Source of the DNA: Acanthaster planci
Lineage: Eukaryota
Reading direction: 5' to 3'
DNA: 64,000 bases
NCBI RefSeq assembly: GCF_001949145.1
Contig: NW_019091358.1
Coordinates: 1,622,240 to 1,686,239, forward strand
This document shows, in pieces, positions 39,081-50,990 of the stretch. Position 1 is the first letter of the stretch; each line of letters begins with the position of its first letter. The position numbers were made by a program, and so were the translations under genes. The notes below the pieces were generated by a model. The model saw only the letters and a program-made list of their open reading frames with translations, did not search any database and was not told the origin of the DNA.

Positions 39081-39629
39081 TACGCAGCTCTGGAAGTGCC
39101 ATCCGACATGTTCACATCCTGACATATTGTTTCTTGGTAACGACATGATACAGGCAAGATGTTCACAACCTGCAGCTAATTTATCTCGAGATGACGACAT
39201 CGTAAAAGTTGGATGGTGACATCCTGCAATAATTTATCATGGGAGGATGACATCGTAACAACTGGATGACGACATCCTGAAATAATTTGGCATGGGATGA
39301 TGACATTGTAAAAGGGTAGACATCACACTTGCTGGATGTCTCTGGATGATGACATCCTGAGATGATTATCGTCATTATCTGAGGATGTCATCCAACTTTT
39401 ACGATGTCATCATCCTATGATACGTTATCTCAGGATGTCATTGTTCCACTTTTAGGATGTCTTCGTCCCATGATAAATTATCTAAGGATGGCATCATCCA
39501 ACTTTTATGATATTGTCATCCTGTGATAAATTATCTCGGGATGTCGACATCTTGCCTTTATTATGTCATCATTCCGAGAAAAACATTTCAGGATCTCAAC
39601 AAGTCAGATGGCACTTCCAGAGCTCCGTA
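39081..39629. mobile_element. ~550-bp palindromic MITE with internal GATGACATC subrepeats
   Basis: TACGCAGCTCTGGAAGTGCCATCCGAC ... GTCAGATGGCACTTCCAGAGCTCCGTA. Arms align over most of their length, with ~24/48-bp periodic units. Flanks are caaaac / caaaat. Confidence 0.88.
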
Positions 39630-41459
39630 CAAAATGCTAAACAATTAATATTTCTTCCATGCAAATGTTAAATTGCAGAAGTATCATTCTGTAGGGTTGC
39701 TGCAACTCATATCTGACTTGAACTGACCATTTGACCCAATACAAATACTTGGTCAAATGTCTGCACTTGTGCTTACCAGCAGGAGGTAGTGGGTTCAAGT
39801 CTCATTAAAGTAAGCTTATGAAGCCAACACTTAGTATGCAGTGGTTATAAATATACATTGTTGAAGGGTAAAACATCAACTTAAAAAAAAAAAAGAAAAT
39901 TCTTCCTCATGCAAAAATTACACCTCATGAAAAATCAGCAAAGCTTCTGTCACTTGTCCAAATAACTACAATTGCAGAGGGGCTTAACTCTCTTTTATGC
40001 ACAAAATGCAGCCTCATGCTTCTCTTGTAAAAATCTGGCTTGAAAGGCATCAGGCCGTATGCAACTACGGGGATTAGAGTTTAAAGTTACCCTCTACCCC
40101 AAAGAAAAATGAACTGCTCTCTTTATCCATTAAAAATACAAAATATTGGTGATGCTATCAGTGTGAGAACCTTGTGACCTCAACCCAATTATGAGATTGT
40201 TGTGTGCCATGGGGAGGATGTATGCAATAAATCCTCACTTCTGATCTTCTGATTTGCATACTTCCTGATAGGTTTTAAATTCAGCATCATTGGTGCATTT
40301 GTCAAATCGTGCAGGCAATCTAGGTCAGGTTATGTTTTGGGTGGGTATCGCTATGGTCATTAAGGGTATCTTTAATGAGGGATCTGATAGTGAAAAATAT
40401 GGTTGGGGGTTGCCTAAGGGGGTGCACACATCATGTTGAATATAATATTGGAGCACCAGATCATTAGGTGTTGTTTGTGAACTCATAACAGGCTCAGACT
40501 GTTTTGATTAATTGAACTACATTTGGATTCTGAAAAACTCAGGGTGAGTTTTGAAAAAGTTGTCAGATTCTCAGAGTGTAAGTCACAATCCCCCACTATG
40601 AAAAATGTAAAGGGATTGATTAATGACCACCCACCATCATGACAGCATCACTGGTATCCGACTTGCAGTTGTTATCATGTATGGCTGTGCTTGGAGCCAC
40701 TCTTTTGTAGTTCTTGCACTGCCTGTACAGCTTTTTGCTGGCTACGAGTCATTTATGTTCAATGAACCCCTCACATCATGTTTGCTAGTGCGTATTTGTT
40801 CAAGTTGGGGATGAGTACCCTTGCTTTTTTCACTTTAGGGGGCATACAGTTTTGGAGATGACCCACATTGTGGAAATCCAGTTCATCATGAGACAGTTCC
40901 TATCCTCTAGTGTTTTTCCTTTTGTTCAAAGAAAGCTATGCAAAAGAATTTTAGCAGTGAACAGTGAAGCTGCATGTTCATTCATGTACATGTACTCTTT
41001 CAAAGCACTTCATAAATACCAGATCTGTTGTATAGGTAGCCCTTTGACATGTTTATTGAATATTGTCTGGATAGGAAATTGAGATATTTTCATTGAACAC
41101 CTGTTCTTGATACCACTGTGGTTAACTAGCTAATAAAAGCTTAAACGTTACCCCTTTCTGCCTGAAGTGCAAATGTGAATAGAAATGGACAAGCTTTGCA
41201 ATGAAGTTTAACAAAATCCACAGTTTTATGACACCATGTCAGCTGTCCACACAGGGGCAAGTGTATGTGTTCTTTGTAACCTGTCAAAAGTTCAGTTTCT
41301 TCAGACTGATATCAAAATGCAGAATTAAAAACCTAAGTTGGTAAATTAAGCTTGCATGGGTAGAGGAAATAAATCAGAAATATTTTACTTCTAGGCAGTA
41401 TGGCCCTGAAGTGTCAATACCGACCCTGTTCCTGTATCCAAGTTGGGTATAGGAACACC

Positions 41460-41890
41460 CACTCACCGATTGGCTGGCAGTGGAATTGATAAGTGCCAAT
41501 CAATAACCCCTTAGACACCTACTTGCCCTCTCATTGGTTAATGGTGCCTAGGATGTTGAATAAACAAGAGCAAGAGTGGAAGGGCGGTGATCATGCTTTT
41601 TGCCACTTATGGGATCATACCACACCACACACATGTACATGTACATGTACAGGGATACAATGAATGAAGAGCTGTGTGCAAAGCAAGGGAGTGTAGTTTC
41701 CTTGCCTAAGAAGAGAGTCAATAGTTCACACGCTCACGCTGTGTGGATGAGTGGCAATGTAGTGACACAGCAGTCACCAACACATTGGGAGTTTCAAAGT
41801 TCAGAAGAGCTAGCACAAAGTTTTGTAATTCTGTCATAACAATCGGTGTAATTTTTAAATAACTCGGGAGTGTGAAATTTTTATTGGCGA
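41460..41890 (+). promoter_or_regulatory. Candidate internal promoter of the short isoform (CCAAT/ATTGG cluster)
   Basis: gattggc at ~41468, gccaatc at ~41494, cattggt at ~41532 and tattggc at ~41882, plus GC-box-like gggcgg at ~41582. All lie within ~700 bp upstream of the second signal-peptide exon. Confidence 0.4.
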
Positions 41891-42173
41891 GCAGGGAAAG
41901 GAGGAAGAGCTGGAATGTAGAGTAATGTTGTGATCAATCATAGAGTACACACTTGCTGTCAAATTACTAGTTGTTTGATAATCAGCAAGCCTGACTGAGT
42001 GACTGAGTTAGACATTGAACTGCCCAAAGTGTTGGAGCACCGAAGGGAACTCAAACTTGGACAAATTCTGCTCTGGTAGCCTTTGCAGCATAAATTGTGG
42101 ATTCTCGCTTCCCCTTAGTTCAAGTTAGTTGCTCAAAAGTGGAAATCATCTGGCCGATTAAGTTCTGTGTTTG

Positions 42174-42320
42174 ATGATGAGGTGCTCGAGACTTGCTGTA
42201 GTTGTGGTTGTAGTACTGTCCTTTGTGGGGACATCTGCCTCTCGCCGGCACTCCCCATACCCTGGCATGCCTGGGGAAAATACAGGGAGGCATAGAACCA
42301 GTGGCAGTATTCCAACAGCG
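42174..42320 (+). CDS. THSD4: Probable alternative first coding exon (short isoform) with its own signal peptide: MMRCSRLAVVVVVVLSFVGTSASRRHSPYPGMPGENTGRHRTSGSIPTA
   Basis: In-frame TAA at 42159 lies just upstream of ATG 42174. Classic signal peptide (R/R, LAVVVVVVLSFV, TSA-S). Consensus donor GCG|gtgagt at 42321 is in phase 0, the same phase as the exon 6 donor. Confidence 0.72.
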
Positions 42321-42789
42321 GTGAGTACAGTTGTGGAATTTGTTTTGAGTTGTTATAGACTTGACATGCACAGGTTGCAAGAAAGAAAATTTGTTGCAGG
42401 TGTTTTGGAAAGAAGATTGTACTAAAGAATGGGGACAGAGAAGAAAAGGAAAAATTTGAACATTTATGTTTAGAAAATTTCAGTGAAACCAAGTGATGGA
42501 TCCAGTACTAGATGTATGTGTACATACATGAAATGTACTATTAATTACATTGGGTTTATTAGGGTTTTCTGGGTCATGTGAAATTCAGCTTTTTGCTATG
42601 TGATGAGTGACAGGTGCATAAATCAAAGGCAGGCAGGCTCACAAATCATTTCTGCCCTCCCGCAGCCATGCCCATGCAGCCCAATCATTTTTGTCTACCC
42701 CATGTAGCATAGATTGAGATAATTTGTAACGGTAAAGGCTCGGAGCCAAGATGGAATTCATCCATGTAATGGGTATGTAGCTGTGCATA

Positions 42790-42888
42790 CTTTTGGGCCA
42801 GTGGAATCCCCAATATCCCAGTCCATGGACCAGGAATATTTATTGGTCCAAGATAAAGAAACATACATCAATGTCACTGGCCCAAAAG
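42790..42888. repeat. ~100-bp hairpin / mini-MITE
   Basis: Perfect 14-bp inverted ends cttttgggccagtg / cactggcccaaaag, plus an inner tggacca / tggtcca pair. Confidence 0.6.
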
Positions 42889-45800
42889 ATCCAATGGGCT
42901 ATCATCACTGCATGCAGCTTTGTTTGATGTTGAATGGCAGTACATGTTGACTCTAGTTAAATGTGTTGTTTTCTTTGCAAACACAAGTTTTCTGGGTTGT
43001 ACAATTGAGCTGAATTGTAATGGGGGGGGGGTGACAGGCTGGGAACATGGGGTTTAAGATTGTGTCTTCATTGTCCTTGTGCAGTGTATGTCACATTCAT
43101 TCCTTTTTTTCAGCCCGGCATCCTGATGCGTATTAAACGAGAATCAATATTTTGCATCACAGTTTTCAACTGTTAAAAGTCCTCAACCTTCCAAAGCTGT
43201 ACATGTACATATGTATATCCAGATGAGAATCGGAATGAACAGTAAAGATTTTCCATTTTGTGGTAGAAGAAGGAATGACGATTTCCAGCAGTGTTGAATT
43301 CTTCAGTATACAAGTATCCCAATGTGGCTGTGAATATCAGAGTGCTGGTGTTGGATGTGATTGGCTGATTTGCCTGATTGCCCAATCGTTCCAAGTGATA
43401 GGTTGATTCTGCATGAAATCTATAACTTTAATTTCCTTATTCGAAGCATTCTTTTGCAAATAAATTTCAAATAAGTGGTAGTGGAATTATTGACAAATCA
43501 TGCAGTAAGATCGACCAACATCGTCATATCAAGACACTTCCTTCCAGTGATTCTGAAGTTTTTTGTGTCTCCACCAAAAAGTCATGATTTGTGATCTTAG
43601 ATGTAGTGAAGCTCTATGTTACTTACATTTACACTGTTTCCTGCCCCCTTTTTGATGTGCGACATAAGAAAGGAGCAGGAACCAGTCTTTTCTTTGATGT
43701 CAATCCTTTATAGGAAAAAAAGGTCAAATTCTTTTGCATTCATTGCCAAATGAAAATATGGACAGAAAATAGCGCACTTAAACCAGTGTGATGAAGTGCC
43801 CTTCATTCGATCATGCTATATTCCCCTTAGCCTAGGAAACAGGGTCCTTAAGATTTAGGGTAGAAAGCCTAAGTTAAGGAGGAAAAAGGGCTCACTTCAT
43901 CTTCCTGAGGTCAACCAGCTCCCTCTGTCAAGGCTGGCTGGATCTAATCTGGCAGATTCTTTGTGTGTCAGTTAGTGGTGTATGCGTACAGTTATATTCA
44001 CAGGTGAACCAGTGTGTACTCCAAAAGGGATTATCCCTGGACTAATCTCACTGCAATCTCAACTGCTTTCTTTGGTTACAGTGTTTGGGCTGACTTGATA
44101 AATTATTCAAGCTTAAAGTTAAAGAGGGCTTGGCTTGGAACCTGGGTGAGCAAAGCTGTGAGTGATGGCTTGAATTGCTCATGCTGTATTGAAAGTGAGA
44201 AGATCATCATTTGAAATCTCCCCATAGAGCCTCTAAAAAAAGTCTAAAGATTTTGTTCACTTTGAAAGAAAGTAAACTGTGTTATTATGCATTGGCTGTA
44301 TGCTTAATACTAAACGGCTTCAAATTAGAAAACCTCAGATTGTGTAGAGCCTTTAGAGGGAAAAGGAGACAGACTAAGAGGCCAAAGGTGGCATGCACAA
44401 TAGTGGCATAGGCCTACCTTGTGCCTAAATATTTGTTTTGCATGTTGTGCACTTGTTAGCTTTTTGATAAACTACTTAATCTAGGTAAAAATGTGTTCAA
44501 GGATTGTTATCCTTCATTTATAGTGAAGCATACATGTAGTTTGCCCGAAATACTTCTCGAACAAGAGCATGTGAAATGTCCATTTTGTGTGCATGCAGGA
44601 TTGAGTTTGTAGTCAACTGTGACTGTGCAGTAGGCCTATTTACATCCAGTTGCATGATTTAGCCTTTTCTGCTTAAGCCCTTGCCCTTTTCTGAGTAGTT
44701 ATCCTACATAAAAACACTTTTGATGTGTAGCCCAAGTTGCTGTAAGCTTTAACCAAAGAAATCCTGTCCCCTACCCATACTTGAGTCCTTGCCAGGCCAA
44801 AAGTAGGCTTTCAGCTTTTGTTCCCAGATCCATTTGTCAATAATTACTCTGTAAACATATCACCCTTCCTTACCTTCACACCCACACATTCTATCCTGGC
44901 ATACCAACACACTTCATTATTTTGTCATATTTACAATGATTTTCAGCAGTGTGTGAGGCCTCTTTTAAGGCTGGCTACCCCAGCACTGATGAGTGTTTTC
45001 GGTTATGTGAACAGACATGAACGAGAATTGGAGCGTGCAGACCTATTTGCCATGCACTGGCTGATCTATCGACCTGTCAGCTTTTCTCTTTCAGTAGCTT
45101 GTGCACGTTGAAGTGTTTATTGGTGAATCAAAAATAAAGCCAGAAGATCTGCCTTCTTCCTCAGGAGTAAATATTGCTGTGCTGATGAATATCTTATTAT
45201 TGTCTGTTGAAAAGGATCTTAGCATAGAATACCAGTAAATGTGTGTAATCCTGTGTCTCAAAGGTTATTATGCACATTCCCTCATACTAGATTCACAGTG
45301 TTGAATAAAGTATCCCTGTAGAATAATAATCCACTTCTTGCATTACATAAGTACCTTCATGCGTGTTGCCTGTTTTTATCTTGTTTCCTCGAAAATTGCT
45401 CATGCATATTTTTTGATCTAAAAATTGCAGGAGTCTTAAAGCTACATGTGCAGTGTCCGAAACCCTCCCCACATTACACACCCTGACCTTTATCAGTGTG
45501 ATAAGTAGAAGGGTCTTGTCAGATGCATTTACATGTAGCTTGTCTGCACATTGTTGGGGCTGATCCCTTTTGTGTAAGCGTAATTAGAAAACATTTTACT
45601 GTTAAAATATTTCCGCTTTTATATACATGTAAAAGGGCAACAATTCATCCATGGAAGGAAACATAAGAGAAATCAAAGAATTCTCAAGGGTGTTGGAAAT
45701 TATCTTTAGATTTTAATGGCTAGTAATTGCTATAGCTCTTTAAAAAGTGAAGTGAAGAAGTGTGTTTTAATAACATCCACATCAATCCGTAGTGGAATCA

Positions 45801-48800
45801 AAAGAATCATTGCGTTAAAGTTCAAAGGTTTCAGCAATTTAAATGTGAAGTGGCAAATGTTTTTGCTTAAGCGAAGCTTGTGCGTTTGGGAGGTTTCAAC
45901 AATTTTGTAATTGAAATCATCCAAGGCACATAGTCACACGCAACATAATAGGCAAAAATAGCAAAAGCTTGGAGCATGTAGCTCCATGCTTAGAGTAACA
46001 CCTGTCATTCAGCATCCATCAGTAATTGTTTCGTCCTTCTGAGGGTTGTGAAAACTGATTTAAGGGTGTAATTGGCCTGCTACCTGTGGTGCTTATGATT
46101 GATAAGTTTCCAGTTACCTAACTGTGATTAGTCTTAGAAGATAGTTAACTATGCTTATAGCCCATGCGCTTCGCAAAGGACTCGGGAAGAGTCAACAGAA
46201 GTTTGTGCTCTATGGATCTGCATGCCAGTGCCAAGATAAGCTGAGAGTTGAATGCAGGTGAAGTTGAATGGAGCGCAAATAATCATGTTAGATTTATATC
46301 CTCATCATTTGGGACACCTCTCAAACCCCTGAGGGATGGAAAGAGTTCTGGCCTTTCGTTTTTCTTGAGACTGATTTCCATTCTTCAGACTGGTAAATGA
46401 GGAACAAACGTGCAAAGCTCCACACATGTAACAAAAAAATCTCTTTAAATAGGCGAAGGGGAGGCAGGACTTTGAAGGCCATTTATCAGTGGCTCTGCAA
46501 GCAAGACTCATTTTGTTGATCCTGTTAATAACACTTTGGGCTGTCTCTTTGCTCTCATCTGATCAAAGCAGAGAGGCTGGCTCAAATCAAACATAAGGTG
46601 AATTTAGAAAAACAAATGGACTGAAAGGATTAACATAATTTTGAGGACTTTGATTTTCATTTCTTATAAAAGATGATGAGGTTCAGAAATACAGTCACTG
46701 TCAATCCAGTAGTGGAAATGTTTTAAGCAAGCAAAGGTTTCAGTGGCGGGACAACTTATTAAGAGAATTTAATGCATTTGAGTAAAAACTCCTGATATTT
46801 TTGTAAGATATTTTGTTGGAAAATCAACACAAGACAAAATGTATGGACGAGACCAAATTAATATTGGTGGAGCTGTCTTTTTTGCTTTCCCTGTACTTTC
46901 ATACATACATGTACATGTATGTGGAATAGCAAGCTTCTTGTAAGTGTACATGTATAAGTAGCATTGGGGCAAGGAATCATATAATATGTACATTACATGC
47001 TGTAAATGCTGTTGGGCCCCATTGCGTTTGACAGAAATTTCAGTCATCATTGATTTTGCAGTGGGGCTTTGGTTAGGACCAAATGATGTCCTTTTTTGTC
47101 CCATTTTAACCTGTGTGGTCTTTTGGTATCCATGCTTCAGTTCACAAGTGGCTGTTGGATAGGGGGACAGCACCATTGTAAATGCACTCTTTTACACCAG
47201 GTACTAATTGTTGAAAGAGATTGCACAAAAGGGGGTCTAGTATGCTCAGGCCAGGGGGTTCTCATTGGATCTGTTTAGTTGACAGGGGTCTCTAGGTATT
47301 TTACAGGGTTTGTGCTTTGCAAAAGTTTTTATAGTTTTGTCATTTCTTGGCAAAAATGAGGATAATATTAAGTTCAACTACTTTTTGTTTATTGATATGT
47401 ACAGTCAGGAGTCATTTGCTTTGCTTAATTTTTATTGTCAGAACGGTGTACATATTAAAACAAGCTTTAATGGAAAAAACTTGTCAAATTCTTGAACTTT
47501 TGAAATCCATGTACACAGGCCTACCTTATCAAGACCTTATCATACCTGGACTAGTTAAATGCTAAAGGCATATTGGGCACAAGTTAACTGCACAACAAAT
47601 TAGGAATCCTCAAAGAGTAATTATTGCTGAAGTGCTAGATCATAGATAAACTTCTATGCATTTAGATATTGTCCAGGAGACCAAAGTGCAGTAATGTACA
47701 GGGGCATTGTGCCTGGCGTCATCTGGATGCCATGCAGCACAGGAAAAAATACTGGAGTTACACACTGAGGTGTGAGTTGTGGCACTCCATTAGATCAAGG
47801 TGCACTGGTTTGTCGAATTTGAAAGGTGGCCACCTAGCTTGCTTTGTCACTTGGTTCTCTCAGGAGCATTAAACCGAACCCTAATGTCTGAATTGTGTGT
47901 TTACAGCTGGGGGTATGGGAGGTATTTTTTTCGCTTTTGCTTTCCTTGGATGATGAAATGGCACAATTTACAAACCAAGGGTGCTGCCAAGTTTTGTAGT
48001 TAGACTACGGAGCAAAAGGCGTCATCCTGAAAATGGCTCTCTAGTTTGTATTTTAGAGTAACTTTTCAAAGTTTTTCGAATGTTTTTATGGGATTAATGA
48101 GCAGAACATACTTTAACCTAACTGTGTTTCAGTGCACCATTCCAAGTCATCTGTTATATCAAATTCTTTTTTTTTTTATTTCAGAGTTTTGAAGGATTTA
48201 TCTTCAACTCTCGAGTTTGTTGGCCCCATTAACTTTCAGAAATTCATTTTTTCATCTAACAGTAGTTTTAAATCCAAAGCAATTACTGCACAAATGATGA
48301 AAGGACACTATGGATATCTTTTAGCAAAAAATGGGTAGAAAAAGAAGAAAGTATGAGGTGAATTTAAACCTTCATGCAACCTGCAGTAGTCTGCTTTGAA
48401 GACCATACCGCACAATGCTCTGCAAGTAATTCCATTATTTACCTGTTATCCATGTAAGGTTTTAATACCTAGTCCCTAGATTTGCAATTCAAGAGGCTAG
48501 ACCTGGGTTTCTCAAGTTTCTCTCGCAATAATAGAAAGAGAGAGAGTGGCCTTATAGAAAATGCCAAGTTTTTGTGGAGCCTCGAAAGGCTAAACCAGTG
48601 TTGGCAAGAATACTTTTGTATGGTTAAGAGCATATTGGTGTATAAATGCTTTGGCAAAAGAACATGACGTGCGGGAGTGGAAAAGTTTGTAGAAGAAAGT
48701 GGGAGAAACTAATATCCCCCCCCCACACTGTTGCACCAAAAAAAAAGTCATTTGGTGGGGGTGGACGGGAACTTGATCAAATTGGACCGATGTAATATTG

Positions 48801-50734
48801 CATTAATGCCCCGAACGTACCTTACATATGTGTAGCCCCATACCCATGTATCTGTGTGCAGTTTTAAAATATTTGAAATTTTTGGAGTTTGGTTTAAACT
48901 GAAAAATCATTTACACCTGGCTGCTTTACCACTGTAAGGTAGGCTTCTCAGTAGGCTGTTGTCGATCATCTTGTGACAATAAATGCTGCGTTTTAAATGT
49001 GACTTGTTATAGATTGGTGATGATCACTTCTGTAGTGGAAAAAAAATCAGTTCCAGTGTTTATGATCTTTTAGGATCACGTACACATGATTTATTTGGAT
49101 TGGATCATTGGATCCATTTATCTCATCACTTTGCTGTTTTCTTTCAGAGAATTCTTGGTCCTTTAAGGTGTCTTGGGTAACATCATGCACATGTGCATGA
49201 TTAACAGTCCACGTGGTGGAACTAAAGTTTATGTACTTGTCTGATACATATGCACTAACCCCTGATAGCTTGTCACCCAAATATCTTGTAACTTGTCACT
49301 GGCTGAATGTTCACACCTCTAGATTTTGTTTTCTTTTGGCAGCACTCATGCTTGTAATGTCAGTTGTCAAGTTGTGTAAGATATGGCAGGTCAGTCTATG
49401 GAGTATCCATCCTTGGATGGGCCTGTTTTCACTGTCAACATTCCCATACTACTAGGAGAATTTGCGTGATTTGTCACAATGTTGATTCTTATCCAGTGTT
49501 TCCTTTGAGAGAGTAGCAGGGGTGCCTTGGGTGGGGGGGTCATTTTGGTCAGTGACTGAAAGTACGTATAGAATGGTGATAGAATGATCACTGATGTAGG
49601 GTGGTGGGTTCGTGGGTGGTGGACATTATACACTCAGCCATGGACAAATTGAAAGAATCTTTGTATTAAATTTACCACTCCCCATATAGATAAAACCGTT
49701 AACAGCTCATTGCTTTTTTGAGTCTTAGCATGTTTAGGTAGTTATTCTTTGGTGTGTTGCCATTAAAGAAGTGTATTGTGACCCAAATCCCAATATCTGA
49801 CTTTAATCCAATCCAAATCTAATATCGGACAGGATGGGAGTGAATATGGATTCAGATCAACGTTGGGTTGATACTGTAAATTGTTGGATTGGATTATACC
49901 TGCAATCCAACAAAATCCTATAAAATCAGACCTTCTTTTAATCTTGTTCAAAATATTGCTAGTGAAATGTTATTCTTTTTCAGAGTTGATATTTTACTTT
50001 TTGCTTAAATCCCAAGTGAACAGATTCTCCCATGAGTTGTAGCTCTAGAACAGTAAGATGGTACTGTTTCCCATAAATCTCATAATCCATTCTAGGTTTA
50101 TGTTAAATGTCATCCAAAAGTTGTTTATCTCAGTGATTTTACTGGTTGTAAGTTATGCTTAACTGTACATTATCTTACCACACGAAGGATACTGTTTACA
50201 AGAAATATCACGAAAGCAACCTGTTGTTGACTATCAACTTTGTCACTTTGATATGGAACCTAAACAAATTATACTGATTTATTAATCTATTAGGACTTGC
50301 CAAGTACAAGCAGGTGGAAAGTGATCATTAACTTAGTTGATGGGGATCAATTTGATCCTCAGTATTCGTTTACAAGTGCCTATTTTAAGTTTTGATGTAT
50401 CTCTATCTGGCAATTGTACTACGTCATGTTTTCCTTTTTTGATGTTGGAGGGACCTCAAGTGTCACTTGCACTTTATAGGCCTGTACTCTTGCCCTCTTC
50501 CACTTCTTGAAATGTCAATTGCTTAAATCCTTGCTTTACTGGTAGAGTGGCCTGACTGAGGGTGAACTCCTCAGAGTCACCAATTATGGTTTGTTTGCTA
50601 CTTTATTCATTAGGATCTCTGTACTTGACATTGCATGGCACAGCACTTAAATAAGGTCAGTACCAGTAATAACGATGGCTCCTAATGATCAAGATAGCGG
50701 TAACCACCAGGTATACGGAGTAAAATCAGAAGAT

Positions 50735-50990
50735 AATTCGTCACCTTTTTCACAAAGAGCCATACCTGTCAAAAGTAGTATTTTTTTATTTTTGATTCCA
50801 TACATGTTGTTACGAACTTAGGAGCCAAAATCTTGCATTTTCACGAAGAGACACAAATCTTGCTACCTCTCGTAAACGTACAAAACATACTGACTGGAAA
50901 GCCTGAAAAGTAGGCTAAGTAAGATTTATGTTTCACAAAGAGCCACACATCTTTGTAATAATTATAGTGGCATGGTCGTGAAAACGTGTT
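50735..50990. repeat. Degenerate relative of the 24072-24500 element
   Basis: Starts AATTCGTCACC and repeats the subterminal motif TTTCAC(A/G)AAGAG..CAC seen inside 24072-24500. Confidence 0.5.

Noticed and set aside
42119..42320. Use of acceptor-like ccccttag (42118) to make the 42-kb exon an internal exon of the long isoform
   Set aside because: From the phase-0 exon 6 donor it reads in a different frame and hits TAG before the donor. The acceptor, if used, more likely follows a 5'UTR exon.
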